A stretch of 64,000 bases of DNA from an uncultured Gemmatimonadales bacterium (GCA_963850905.1 CAWKMU010000003.1:3136001-3200000), one strand, 5' to 3'; positions 21,214 through 31,890 are shown, counted from the stretch's first letter. The notes: a model not told the origin generated them from the letters alone. Program-made: numbers and translations.

Positions 21214-22250
21214 GGAGACCGAGAATCGCGACCCGATCCGTTGGGGCCGCCATCGCCCCCCCCACCGGGCGACCCAGCGCCGTCGCCGCTGGCCCCGTTG
21301 CCGAGCGCGGTCGACGTCGAACCGTTGGGGCGTTCCTGCACGTACCGCCAGCCGAATCGGCCCTTCACACAGAGGTTCCCCCGCGTGATCGAGGCATCAT
21401 ACGGCGACGTCACCTTCACGATCTCGTTGTCCTGAACGTGGAGCGTCAACGTGCAGCCCACCCCGCAATACGGACAGATCGTGTCGACCGCTTGTTGCCG
21501 CGCTTCATCCCATGTCCCAGCTTCGCGACGCGCATGCTCCGAGCTGAACATCAGGGCGCCCGTCGGACACACGGCGATGCAGTTGCCGCAGTAGACACAC
21601 GCCGACTTCGGCAATGACACGGCGAACTCGGTCGAGATGCGCGCTTCGAATCCCCGGCCGGCGACCGTGATCGCGAACGTGTTCTGATAGTCCACGCCGC
21701 ATGCCTCGACGCACTTGTAGCACAGGATGCACTTGCTGTAGTCCCGCACGTATAGCTCATTGTCGACCTTGATCGGCTGCGCCACCGTCGCCGCGTAGGC
21801 GGGGTCCGGCGGCTCATGGTGGCCCGGCGGTGCCATGTCGCGAACGCCCGCCGCCGTCTGCGGCGCGGGTGGTCCGTACCGCGCCGGACGACAGCCGTAC
21901 TCATCGAGCCACGCCCCGACTTCCGGCGTCGTCGACAGGTCGACCGAAGACGCCAGAAACTCCAGCACCATCTTGCGGCTGTGGCGCACACGCTCGCTAT
22001 CCGTGCGAACGACCATCCCGCGCTCCACCGCGCGCGCGCACGAGGGGACCAGGACCCGCGACCCTTCGACCTCCACGACACACACTCGGCAGACGTTCAC
22101 AGGATGGAGCGTCTCGAGGTAGCACAGCGTCGGGATCTCGACGCCGACCCGCTTGCACGCATCGAGAATCGTCGTCCCTTCTGGAACCCCGACGGTCTGC
22201 CCGTCGATGGTGAGCTCGACTTTTCGTTTCGGCGTCACCAGGGTCGTCAT
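21210..22250 (-). CDS. Fe-S subunit of NAD-linked formate dehydrogenase (2Fe-2S, 2x4Fe-4S and Mo-bisPGD Fe4S4 domain)
   Basis: IPTLC..CRVCVVEV, CILCYKCVEAC, CVYCGNCIAVCP, CPYCGVGC...LCVKGRFG; ATGA overlap with the upstream gene. Confidence 0.88.
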   Translation of the reverse strand: MTTLVTPKRKVELTIDGQTVGVPEGTTILDACKRVGVEIPTLCYLETLHPVNVCRVCVVEVEGSRVLVPSCARAVERGMVVRTDSERVRHSRKMVLEFLASSVDLSTTPEVGAWLDEYGCRPARYGPPAPQTAAGVRDMAPPGHHEPPDPAYAATVAQPIKVDNELYVRDYSKCILCYKCVEACGVDYQNTFAITVAGRGFEARISTEFAVSLPKSACVYCGNCIAVCPTGALMFSSEHARREAGTWDEARQQAVDTICPYCGVGCTLTLHVQDNEIVKVTSPYDASITRGNLCVKGRFGWRYVQERPNGSTSTALGNGASGDGAGSPGGGGDGGPNGSGRDSRSP

Positions 22251-24133
22251 CGAGCCCCGCCATCGAAGAGGTGTAATCGCTCGACGGCCGATTCGACCGC
22301 GCTGTACGCCGTCTGCCCGAGGCCGCAAATCGACGCGTCCTTCATCGCCAGGCCGATCTCCGCCAGCAGGGCGACTTCGTCGGCGACGTTGCCGCGAGGC
22401 CGCCGAGCCGCCAGTCGGCACAGCGCTTCCTCCTGCCGCACGGTGCCGACCCGACACGGCACGCATTGCCCGCACGACTCGTCACGGAAGAACGCGGCGA
22501 TGCGACGCAACGCATCCGGAAGATCCGCCGCGTCGTCGAAAACCATGATGACCCCGGAACCAAGCGTGGCACGCGCCTCGCGCACCCCCTCGAAGGTGAG
22601 CCGGATGTCCAGCTCGTCGGGTCGAACGAACACGCCCGCCGCGCCGCCCACCAGAATGGCCTGGATCGACCGTGCGCTGGGGGTGCCGCCCGCGAGCGCG
22701 AGCAGATCTCCGAGCGTCGCGCCAAACGTCACTTCGTACACCCCGGGTCGCTGAACCGCACCGGAAAGGCAGAACAGCTTCGTCCCCGTCGATTGCGCCG
22801 TGCCGACCGCCGCGAACGCCGGCCCCCCACCAAGCACGATGTCGGGGACGTTCGCCAGGGTCTCGACGTTGTTGACGACCGTTGGGCGACGGAACAGACC
22901 GGACTGCGTGGGGAAGGGCGGCTTGTTTCTGGGCTCTCCGCGGTACCCCTCGATCGAGTTGAAGATCGCGGTCTCTTCACCGCAGATGTACGCGCCAGCT
23001 CCTTTGCGAATCTCGAGATCGAAGCGGACGCCCTGTCCCATGATATCGGCACCCAACAGTCCGCGACCTCTCGCCTGATCGATAGCGTGTTGCATGCGCT
23101 CGATGGCAAGCGGATACTCGCCACGCAGGTACACATATCCCTGTTCGGCGCCAACGGTGAAGCCCGCGATGGTCATCGCCTCGACAATGGCGAACGGATC
23201 TTCCTCGAGCAGCACGCGATCCTTGAAGGTGCCGGGCTCGGATTCGTCCGCATTGCAAATCACGTATCGGGGTCGGGCTGGCTGGCGGGCGACCGCGTCC
23301 CACTTCCGGCCCATCGGGAACGCCGCGCCCCCGCGACCCAGCAGCTTGGAGTCGATCACCTCTCGTAAGACCGCGTCCGCCCCCATGGCGAACGCGCGCC
23401 GCAGCGCATCGTACCCTCCCGAGGCACGATACTCGTCGAGGCTGGTCGGGTCCACCACGCCCACCCGTTTCAATAGTCGCAGCGACGGGTCGCCCTGCTG
23501 CGGCAGCGGGAGCCGCTTGACCACGGCGGCCGAGAGGTCACCCCGCAAGACACGGCGCGCACGGTCGGCCGTCAGCTCGCCGAAGGAGCGTTCGATGGGA
23601 TCGGTGCCGGCCGCCGTCACCATCGCCGCCGGGGCCTGATCGCAGAGGCCGAGACAGGGGCTCCGCAGCCAGGTCGACGCATCGGCGCCCACGTGCACAT
23701 GCCCGTTGCCGGCCGGCGCGTGGTATGCCGAGCCGACGGTGCGCTCGAGCTCCGCGATGATCGGCTCGGCTCCTCGCATGCGACAGGCGATATCATCGCA
23801 GACGTGCAGCACGCGACGAGGCCGCGGCGTCGTGGAGAGCAACGCGTAGAACGTCGCAACGCCCCACGCGTCGGCCGGCGGGACGGTCAACCGCTCACAG
23901 ATGTAGTTGAGCGCACCCTCGCTGATCCAGCCAATGCCCGACTGCACCGCGTGCAGTGTCGGGAGGAGGAGGTGTCGTCGCTCGCGGGCCACGTGACCGC
24001 CGTGCGCCACATGCGCGTCCCGTGCCGGATTCCGCTCACCTCCCTCCCATTGCGAGGCCGGAGGGCCAAGCAGGGTGTCGACTGCGTGACGCTCGGCGTC
24101 AGTCGGCTCCGCGTCGAGGAGGTGCAGATCCAT
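22247..24133 (-). CDS. NuoE-NuoF-like fusion (diaphorase subunit of formate dehydrogenase)
   Basis: VATFY, CDDIAC, CLGLCD; GRGGAAFP, NADESEPGTFKDR, GAYICGEET, ESCGQCVPCR, ICGLG. Confidence 0.9.
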   Translation of the reverse strand: MDLHLLDAEPTDAERHAVDTLLGPPASQWEGGERNPARDAHVAHGGHVARERRHLLLPTLHAVQSGIGWISEGALNYICERLTVPPADAWGVATFYALLSTTPRPRRVLHVCDDIACRMRGAEPIIAELERTVGSAYHAPAGNGHVHVGADASTWLRSPCLGLCDQAPAAMVTAAGTDPIERSFGELTADRARRVLRGDLSAAVVKRLPLPQQGDPSLRLLKRVGVVDPTSLDEYRASGGYDALRRAFAMGADAVLREVIDSKLLGRGGAAFPMGRKWDAVARQPARPRYVICNADESEPGTFKDRVLLEEDPFAIVEAMTIAGFTVGAEQGYVYLRGEYPLAIERMQHAIDQARGRGLLGADIMGQGVRFDLEIRKGAGAYICGEETAIFNSIEGYRGEPRNKPPFPTQSGLFRRPTVVNNVETLANVPDIVLGGGPAFAAVGTAQSTGTKLFCLSGAVQRPGVYEVTFGATLGDLLALAGGTPSARSIQAILVGGAAGVFVRPDELDIRLTFEGVREARATLGSGVIMVFDDAADLPDALRRIAAFFRDESCGQCVPCRVGTVRQEEALCRLAARRPRGNVADEVALLAEIGLAMKDASICGLGQTAYSAVESAVERLHLFDGGAR

Positions 24134-24178
24134 CGCTCAGACTCCCATCAGCAGGCGCAACACGCGCCGGCTCGTCGC

Positions 24179-26146
24179 TCAATCATCGGCCGCCACAGCC
24201 GAACTGGTGTGAGCCCCGCGCGCATGAGACTTGGCCTGCGCCACCGGTTCCACACTCACCGCGCACGCCTTGAACTCGGCGGTACCCGACTTGGGGTCGA
24301 ACTCATCGATCGTCAGCACGTTCACCGCGACGCCGTCCCGGTTGTGCGGCGTCATGAAAACAAGACCCGCGCGAAGCGATTCATCGATGTGTGCCGGCGC
24401 AACCAAGCTCCCGCGCCGCGAGGCGACGCGGACCGGTGTCCCCTCGACAATCCCCAGCGACCGCGCATCCTCCGGACTCAGATCCAGACTTTCCGCACGC
24501 CGCAGCGGAGACACGTACCCGGCGGTCTGCACCCCGGTGTTGAACGCATCGAGCCGACGCCCGGTGGTGAGGACGAACGGATACTCCGCGTCGGGCTGCT
24601 CGACGGGAAGCTCGTGCTCCACGACGGAAAATGGGGCGGTCTCGCCAATGCCGGGCGAGCCTGCGGGGTCGTTCCACAGTCGGCCGTGCAGGAACTGCGA
24701 GCCCGGATGTGATTCGTCGGGGCAGGGCCACTGAATGCCGCCCAACGCCTCGAGACGCGCGTAGGTCATCCCGCCAAACATGGCCGGCGCCACGGCCCGA
24801 CACTCGTCCCACGTTTCTTCCGCGGTCGGCGTCCCCCAATCGTGTCCAAGCCGCTTGGCGATCTGCGCGATGATCCACAGCTCATCCCGCGCGTCACCGG
24901 GCGGCGTCAACGCCTTGCGCACGCGCTGAATGCGGCGTTCGCTGTTCGTCACGGTGCCTTCGCCCTCACACCAGCTCGACGCGGCCGGCAGCACGACATC
25001 AGCCAGCTGCGCCGTTGCCGTCAGGAAGATCTCCTGCACGACGAGGTGTTCGAGCCCCTCCATGAGCTCGACCGCGTGATGCTGGTCCGCCTCCGATTGC
25101 GCCGGATTCTCGCCGATCACAAAGAGCCCACGGAGCGTCCCATGCTCCATCGCGCGAAACATCTGCGAGAGGTTGAGCCCGTGCTCGGGCCGCAACGTCA
25201 CACCCCACGCCAGCTCGAAGCGTGCGCGTACCTCGGGAACCAGGACGTCCTGGAAACCCGGCAGCTTGTTGGGGATAGCCCCCATGTCGCCGCCGCCCTG
25301 CACGTTGTTCTGGCCGCGCAGCGGATTGAGCCCGCTGCCGAAGCGCCCCACGTGCCCGGTCAGCAGGGCAAGATTGATGAGCGCCAGGACGTTATCGACC
25401 GCGTTGTGATGCTCCGTAATCCCCAGTGTCCAGCAAATGATCGCCCGGTCCGCTCGCGCATAGCTGTGCGCCGCCTCGCGAATGACGTCGGCAGGTATCC
25501 CCGTCTCGCGTGAGGCATACTCGAGGGTGTACGGCTCGACGCAGGCGCGATACGCGTCGAAGCCGGTCGTCGCCCGGCGAATGAACGACTCGTTGGCCAG
25601 CCCGGCATGCAGGATCTCGCGGGCCATGGCATTGGCCAGCGCGATGTCGGTACCGACGTGCAGCCCAAGCCACACGTCGGCCCACTGGGCCGACGACGTA
25701 CGCCGCGGATCGACCGCATACATCCGGGCGCCGTTGTGGATGCCCTTCAGCACGTGGTGGAAGAAGATCGGGTGATTCTCGCGGGCGTTGGCACCCCACA
25801 GGAAAATCACGTCCGTCTCCTCCGCTTCCGCATAGGAGCTCGTCCCGCCACCTGCTCCAAAGACTGTCGCCAGACCGACGACGCTAGGAGCGTGTCACGT
25901 CCGATTGCAGCTATCGATGTTGTGCGTGCCGAATGCCACACGGGCAAGCTTTTGCGCCAGGTAGTTCATCTCGTTGGTCGATTTCGAGCACGAGAAGATC
26001 CCCAGTGCGTCACCGCCATGCCGCGTGATGATATCGTGGAATCCCAATGCGGCCCGATCCAGGGCCTCATCCCACGACGCCGGCCGCAACACACCGCCCT
26101 CACGGACGAGTGGCTCAGTCAGACGAACAAACGATCCCTTAGGCAT
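24179..26146 (-). CDS. fdhF: Selenocysteine-containing formate dehydrogenase catalytic subunit (Sec = TGA 25895-25897)
   Basis: ORFs 25895..26146 and 24179..25810 are in the same frame: NIDSCNRT-U-HAPS, matching FdhF CARV-U-HGPS; PLRGQNNVQG, EGTVTNSERR. Confidence 0.92.
25854..25891 (-). promoter_or_regulatory. Bacterial SECIS element
   Basis: UGA-CAC-GCUCC...GUCGUC-GGUCU-GGCGAC...GGAGC; the GGUCU loop matches the E. coli fdhF SECIS. Confidence 0.85.
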
Positions 26147-26399
26147 AAGATGCTGACCTCATTGAACTTCCGTTCGCGGGCCCCCACCTCACGTCCCCCT
26201 GTTTTGGGGCTCCATGCCCCTCAACCATAAATCAACGCGCGGGGACCAGCATCCGTCAAATTGCTGGCGGCGAATCTATGGTATACCAAACAATGGTCGA
26301 ATCGGCCGAGCGGATCAACCGATACGGTCGGGCTTGATCCTGTTACATCGACCCCCGCGATTCTGCCGCGCCTTAATCCGGGCGCGGGCGACAGGCCGG

Positions 26400-27164
26400 C
26401 TACTGCAAGAGAGCCTGCAGTCGCTCGCTGTGGCTGCGGCTCAATGTCACGCGGGCTCCGTCGCGAAGCGTGATCACGTACTCACCGTGCCCGTGGGGCT
26501 CGAGCCGCTGGATGTGGTCGATATTCACGATGATCGAGCGGTGGACGCGGATGAATCGATCCGGCGGCAGCTTACACTCGAACGTCTTCATCGTGTCACG
26601 CACGAAGTGCGCACGACCACCAACGTGCAGACGAACGTAGTTGCCCTGCGCGTCCACCCACTCGACGTCCTGCGCCCGGACGAAGTAGAGATGCGTCGGC
26701 CCACGTACCAGGAACCGTTCAGGATAGGCACGGTCGACGCGTAGGCCATCGAGGATCGCCCGAATCGCCGGATCGAGCACCGGCGCTTGTGACTGCCCCA
26801 GGCGCGCGTCGACCCGCTCCATCGCGCGGCTGAAGCGCTCCGCGTTGAACGGCTTGAGGAGGTAATCGGCCGCGTTCAAGTCGAAGGCCTGGAGGGCATG
26901 TCCCTCGAACGCCGTCACGAACACGACCGCGGGTGGGCTCTTCATCTCGTCCAATGCCGTCACGACCTCGAGCCCATCGAGTCCTGGCATCTTGATGTCG
27001 AGAAACACGAGCTGTGGCTCGTGTTTGAGTATTGCATCCACCGTCGCCGGCCCGTCGCCGCACTCGGCGACCACCTCGTACGCCCCATAGGGCAAGAGCA
27101 TCATCCGCACACGCTCTCGCGCCAGCATTTCGTCGTCGGCAATGACGACACGGCGCTCAGGCAT
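26400..27164 (-). CDS. LytTR family response regulator
   Basis: ADDE, FLDIKMPG, DYLLKPF; FIRVHRSIIVN, LSRS. Confidence 0.93.
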   Translation of the reverse strand: MPERRVVIADDEMLARERVRMMLLPYGAYEVVAECGDGPATVDAILKHEPQLVFLDIKMPGLDGLEVVTALDEMKSPPAVVFVTAFEGHALQAFDLNAADYLLKPFNAERFSRAMERVDARLGQSQAPVLDPAIRAILDGLRVDRAYPERFLVRGPTHLYFVRAQDVEWVDAQGNYVRLHVGGRAHFVRDTMKTFECKLPPDRFIRVHRSIIVNIDHIQRLEPHGHGEYVITLRDGARVTLSRSHSERLQALLQ

Positions 27165-27170
27165 GGGCCC

Positions 27171-28304
27171 TCAGTCGGCCGCGGTCGCAACAGGTATCGG
27201 GCACCGACGGAAGGGCAGCGTGACGGCCGCCACCGCACCTCCGTTGGGCGATGCGGGCGCGAGCGTCACTCGGTCGCCAGCGCCATACAGCTCGGCCAGT
27301 CTGTTGCGCATGTTGGTGAGTCCAACGCCGTGGCCATTCGAGGGGGCGCCGTTCAGGCCCAAACCGTCATCGCGAACGCTGATATGCAGCTCGGTGCCCG
27401 CTCGGCGGGCGGAAATCTCCACACGGCCGGGGCCGGGCCGGCTTGCGATGCCGTGCTCGAGGGCATTCTCCACGAGTGGCTGCAAGAGGAACTGCGGCAC
27501 CAACGCGTCACGTACGTCGGGCGGCACCGTGTACTCCACGGTCAGACGATCGGCAAAACGCCCGCGGATGATCCCCACGTAGCGATCGAGGAGATCGAGC
27601 TCCGCGGCGAGCGGTATCTCTTGCGAGCCAGAATGTTCCAGCGTCGCCCGCAGGAGATCGGCCAGATCCGTCACCATCCGGTCGGCTGCGTGCGCGTCGC
27701 GATGAACAAGGGTCGCAATGCTGTTGAGCGTGTTGAACAGGAAGTGCGGGTGCAGCTGCGCCCGCAACACCTCGAGCTGCGCCTGTGACAGTCGCGTGCG
27801 CAGGTCGGCGGCGACCAGCTCGCGAGCCTGCACCGCTCGATAGAACTCGACGGCGTGAGCCACGCCAATCACCGTCCAGAAGTCGAAGAGTACGGAGAAC
27901 GCGTTGTCGATGAGGGTGTCGGAAAGTGATGGCGTTGTCGCCGGCGAAATCAGGAGCTCGATGGGCCGCAGGGTGAAGGCATACTTGATGAAGACAAACG
28001 CCAGCGAGAGCAGCAGCAGAACGGGGAGGTTGCGTCGCCAGCGTTGCCGGTCGAGGGGCCACCGGCGCACGGCAAGAAACAGTGGCGCGAAGAAGAGAGC
28101 ACACGTGTATTCCTCTAGCGCTCGATCCTGGATCAGGCCGCCCCAATGAATCGGTTGGTGGTGCGACGCCAGCCACGCCGCTTGCGAAGCGGTCTTGAGG
28201 ATCAGAAGGACGGTGTAGACGGCAAAGCCCCAACCCGCCAGTCGCACCCATTCACGGGGTCCGCACAACTCTGCTGACGTCGAGTGGGAGTGCTCAGCAC
28301 CCAT
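27171..28304 (-). CDS. LytS-type sensor histidine kinase
   Basis: N-terminal TM helices, LRAQLHPHFLFNTLNSI, LQPLVENA, DDGLG, GVGLTN. Confidence 0.92.
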   Translation of the reverse strand: MGAEHSHSTSAELCGPREWVRLAGWGFAVYTVLLILKTASQAAWLASHHQPIHWGGLIQDRALEEYTCALFFAPLFLAVRRWPLDRQRWRRNLPVLLLLSLAFVFIKYAFTLRPIELLISPATTPSLSDTLIDNAFSVLFDFWTVIGVAHAVEFYRAVQARELVAADLRTRLSQAQLEVLRAQLHPHFLFNTLNSIATLVHRDAHAADRMVTDLADLLRATLEHSGSQEIPLAAELDLLDRYVGIIRGRFADRLTVEYTVPPDVRDALVPQFLLQPLVENALEHGIASRPGPGRVEISARRAGTELHISVRDDGLGLNGAPSNGHGVGLTNMRNRLAELYGAGDRVTLAPASPNGGAVAAVTLPFRRCPIPVATAAD

Positions 28305-28477
28305 GGTTGGATAACATAGGGCGGGGCTGGCCCCCGTGCCGTCGGGTCGTCCCTCCGGCAGTCCAGATCATCACCTGGACGCTGCGCGACCGGTTCCGGC
28401 GGGCGACTATGAGCCAGGCCAAGCACTGCGAGAGCACATCGCGAAGTGCGGGTCGCCGACTTCAGCGCGCCATACCA

Positions 28478-30838
28478 ATGACCAGCGACTCCATCGATCG
28501 TCGCACGTTCCTCCGAGATACCGCCGCCGGAGGGTTGCTCCTCGTCGTCACCGCATCCGGCTGTCGGCGTCTCGGCAATGCCATGCGCGGCATGGCCGGT
28601 GGCGCGACTGACGCCAGTCCCGGGGATGCCTTCAGCCCCGTGGCGTACCTGCGCATCGCGCGAAATGGCGATGTGACGATCATCGCCCACCGATCCGAGA
28701 TGGGACAGGGCACGCGCACGAGCCTCGCCATGGTGCTGGCCGACGAGCTCGAGGCCGACTGGGAGCGCGTGCACATCGAGCAGGCGCCCGGCGACGAGAA
28801 GACGTATGGCGATCAAGACACCGATGGATCGTCCAGCATCCGCCGGTTCTATCAGCGCATACGAGAAGCCGGTGCCACCGGCCGGACACTTCTCGAGGCC
28901 GCCGCCGCCCAGCACTGGAGCGTGCCCGTCGAATCGGTGAGAGCCGAGCATCACCGGGTCATCCACGAAGCCACAGGTCGCACGCTCGCGTACGGTGAGC
29001 TGACCGCGGCGGCGCGGACGCTGCCGGTGCCTCCCACCGATCGACTGCGCCTGAAACAGCCCTCCCAGTTTCGCTACATCGGGCGGGGCGTTCCGATGGT
29101 CGACCTGCTCGACATGACGACGGGACGGGCCAAGTATGGCATCGACCAGCAACCCAGGGATGCCCTAGTAGCCGTCATCGCCCGACCCCCGGTCTACGGC
29201 GCGACGGTCGCCGCGGTCGACTCCACTGCCGCGGAACAGGTCCGCGGGGTCGTGCGTATCGTGCATGTCGACCACACGCCCCCACCCTCCGGGATGGCCC
29301 CAATGGGTGGCGTGGCCGCCGTCGCGACGAACACCTGGGCGGCGATCCAGGGTCGCAACGCGCTCGAGATCCGGTGGAACGCGGGTCCGCACGCGACCTA
29401 CGATTCGCGGACGTACAAGGCGGCGCTGCAGGCGACCGCGCGCCGCCCCGGGAAGTCGGTTCGCCGCCAGGGCGAGAGTTCCGCGGCTCTGGCACTGGCC
29501 AGCCAGCATTTCGAGGCCGACTACTACGTGCCGCAACTGAGCCACACGCCCATGGAGCCGCCAGTCGCACTGGCCGCCGTACGCGAGGGCCGCTGTGAGG
29601 TCTGGGCGCCGACGCAGGATCCGCAAGGGGCGCGCAACGCCGTGTCCAAGGCGCTGGAGCTGCCGGTCGAATCCGTCCGCGTCAATGTCACGTTGCTCGG
29701 AGGCGCCTTCGGACGAAAGTCGTTTCACGACTTCATCGTCGAGGCGGCGCTGCTGTCGCGCGCCGTCGGCAGGCCCGTCAAGGTGCAATGGACCCGTGAG
29801 GACGACGTCCAGCACGACTACTATCACCCGCCCGCGGTCGAGCATCTCGAGGCGGGACTCGATCGCACCGGACGCATCGTCGCGTGGCTCCACCGATCGG
29901 TCATCCCGTCGCTGGATTCGATGACCGACGCGAACGCGCGATCTCAGACCAACTGGGAAGTCGCGATGGGATTGGTGGATTTCCCTTACCAGATCCCGAA
30001 TCTCACAATCGAGGTTGGCGAAGCGCTCCCACACACACGACTCGGCTGGTATCGCTCGGTCCTCAACATCCCGCATCAATTCGCGATATCGTCATTTCTG
30101 GATGAGCTGGCGCATGCCGCTGGGAAGGATCCGAGGGCGTTCATTGTGGAGAACCTCGGACCCGACCGCGTCATCGACATGGATGCGGTCGGTCTCCCCG
30201 GGAAAGCGACCGATTACGGTGCCTTCGACAGGTATCCGGTCGACACGGGCCGCTTCCGCCGCGTGCTGGAGCTCGCGGCGACGCATGGCAACTGGGGTGC
30301 ACCCCTGCCGCGCGGTGAGGGCCGCGGACTCGCCGTGGTGCGCGCATCGGCGAGCTACCTCGCATCCGTCGTGCATGCGGCCGTCGACGCCGACGGGACG
30401 GTGCACATCCCGCGAGTCGATATCGCAATCGATGCCGGGACTGTGGTGCACCCCGATCGGGTGCGCGCACAAATGGAGGGCGGCACGATCATGGGTCTCG
30501 GCAACGCGCTCCTCGGACAGATCACTTTCGCCAACGGCCGGGCGGAGCAATCGAACTTCACGGACTACCAGGTGCTACGGATGGACGCGGCTCCGCGGGA
30601 CATTCGCGTGCACATCGTACCGAGCGCCGCGATCCCCGGCGGCGTCGGGGAGCCCGCAGTGGCGCCGACGATCCCCGCGGTGTGCAATGCGATCTTCGCG
30701 GCTACCGGCCGCCGGATTCGCTCGCTCCCGGTTGCGAATCAAGCTGCCCGTGCCGTCGATCATCCGCTTACCGCCGGTCGCAACGCCTCGCGCCTGGCTC
30801 AGTCACCGGCAAGCTCAGTCATCTCCAGCGCATCGTAG
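28478..30838 (+). CDS. Xanthine dehydrogenase family molybdopterin-binding subunit (IorB-like), Tat-exported
   Basis: DRRTFL, SEMGQG, LGGAFGRK, AQMEGG, GGVGEP. Confidence 0.9.
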   Translation: MTSDSIDRRTFLRDTAAGGLLLVVTASGCRRLGNAMRGMAGGATDASPGDAFSPVAYLRIARNGDVTIIAHRSEMGQGTRTSLAMVLADELEADWERVHIEQAPGDEKTYGDQDTDGSSSIRRFYQRIREAGATGRTLLEAAAAQHWSVPVESVRAEHHRVIHEATGRTLAYGELTAAARTLPVPPTDRLRLKQPSQFRYIGRGVPMVDLLDMTTGRAKYGIDQQPRDALVAVIARPPVYGATVAAVDSTAAEQVRGVVRIVHVDHTPPPSGMAPMGGVAAVATNTWAAIQGRNALEIRWNAGPHATYDSRTYKAALQATARRPGKSVRRQGESSAALALASQHFEADYYVPQLSHTPMEPPVALAAVREGRCEVWAPTQDPQGARNAVSKALELPVESVRVNVTLLGGAFGRKSFHDFIVEAALLSRAVGRPVKVQWTREDDVQHDYYHPPAVEHLEAGLDRTGRIVAWLHRSVIPSLDSMTDANARSQTNWEVAMGLVDFPYQIPNLTIEVGEALPHTRLGWYRSVLNIPHQFAISSFLDELAHAAGKDPRAFIVENLGPDRVIDMDAVGLPGKATDYGAFDRYPVDTGRFRRVLELAATHGNWGAPLPRGEGRGLAVVRASASYLASVVHAAVDADGTVHIPRVDIAIDAGTVVHPDRVRAQMEGGTIMGLGNALLGQITFANGRAEQSNFTDYQVLRMDAAPRDIRVHIVPSAAIPGGVGEPAVAPTIPAVCNAIFAATGRRIRSLPVANQAARAVDHPLTAGRNASRLAQSPASSVISSAS

Positions 30839-31890
30839 CCCTTCGCAAAGTACAGAGCGACCGAGATGAGCAGGCTCGCGACGAACACGCCGATAATGAG
30901 CGCGCCGACAATGCCGAAATTGTGCGAGAACATGGCGACGCTCTCCCAGAACGCACCCTGAAACCGAAAGTGCTCCTGCACCAGTCCAAGCACTTCGACC
31001 GCGCCGACCAAGAGCGCGACAAGAACCGAGATGAACGTGATCGTCATGTTGTAGTAGAGTTTCCGCACCGGCTTGGCGAACGCCCACCCGTACGCCCCGA
31101 GCATCAGCACTCCATCCGCCGTGTCCACCAGTGACATACCGGCCGTGAACAACGCGGGGAAAATGAGGATTGACCAGATCCCCATGCCTTTCGAGGCCGC
31201 GGCCGCCGAAATGCCGAGCAGTCCGACCTCGGTCGCCGTATCGAAGCCTAGTCCGAAGAGAAAGCCGAGCGGATACATGTGCCAGCTGCAATGAATGAGC
31301 CCGAACACGGGGCGGAGAATGCGCGAGAGCAGGCCACCCCCCGCGAGCAGCGCGTTCAGGTCGGTCGCGACATAGGTACCCTTCCGCTGCGCCTGCTGGA
31401 ACGTCCGGTAGACGGACAGCAGCACGAAGCCATTGATCAGGGCGATGACGAGCAGAAACAAGGCCGACACGGACGTGCCGATGATGCCGCCGACGTTGCG
31501 CATCGGGGCGAATCGCTCCCTGAGTCCGTTCGTCGTGACCGCAATGGCAACGGATGCCAAGATGACGACCGTCGAGTGACCGAGCGAGAAGAACAGACCC
31601 ACCCCGACGGGACGTTCTCCCTGTTGCATCAACTTCCGCGTGACGTTGTCGATCGCCGCAATGTGATCCGCGTCGATCGCGTGGCGGAGGCCGAGCGTGT
31701 ATGCGAGGACCGCGGTTCCCATCGCGACCGGAAAGTGCCGGAACGTCGCCAGCGCCCAGATCCACGCGCACACATTCGCGCTAATCAGGAAGGCGAACGC
31801 TCCGGTGACTTTCGAGCGAAGGGTTGGCGGACGCAGGCCAACAGGGCCCGGTGCGGACGGCGTTGGGCGAGCTCGTACGGGCTGGGACAC
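30799..31890 (-). CDS. NiCoT (HoxN/HupN/NixA) nickel/cobalt permease
   Basis: GLRHAIDADHIAAID, FFSLGHSTVV, LFGLGFDTATEV. Confidence 0.93.
   Translation of the reverse strand: MSQPVRARPTPSAPGPVGLRPPTLRSKVTGAFAFLISANVCAWIWALATFRHFPVAMGTAVLAYTLGLRHAIDADHIAAIDNVTRKLMQQGERPVGVGLFFSLGHSTVVILASVAIAVTTNGLRERFAPMRNVGGIIGTSVSALFLLVIALINGFVLLSVYRTFQQAQRKGTYVATDLNALLAGGGLLSRILRPVFGLIHCSWHMYPLGFLFGLGFDTATEVGLLGISAAAASKGMGIWSILIFPALFTAGMSLVDTADGVLMLGAYGWAFAKPVRKLYYNMTITFISVLVALLVGAVEVLGLVQEHFRFQGAFWESVAMFSHNFGIVGALIIGVFVASLLISVALYFAKGYDALEMTELAGD

Noticed and set aside
24179..26146. FDH alpha as a nonsense pseudogene
   Set aside because: The stop is at the catalytic Cys/Sec position and is followed by a SECIS
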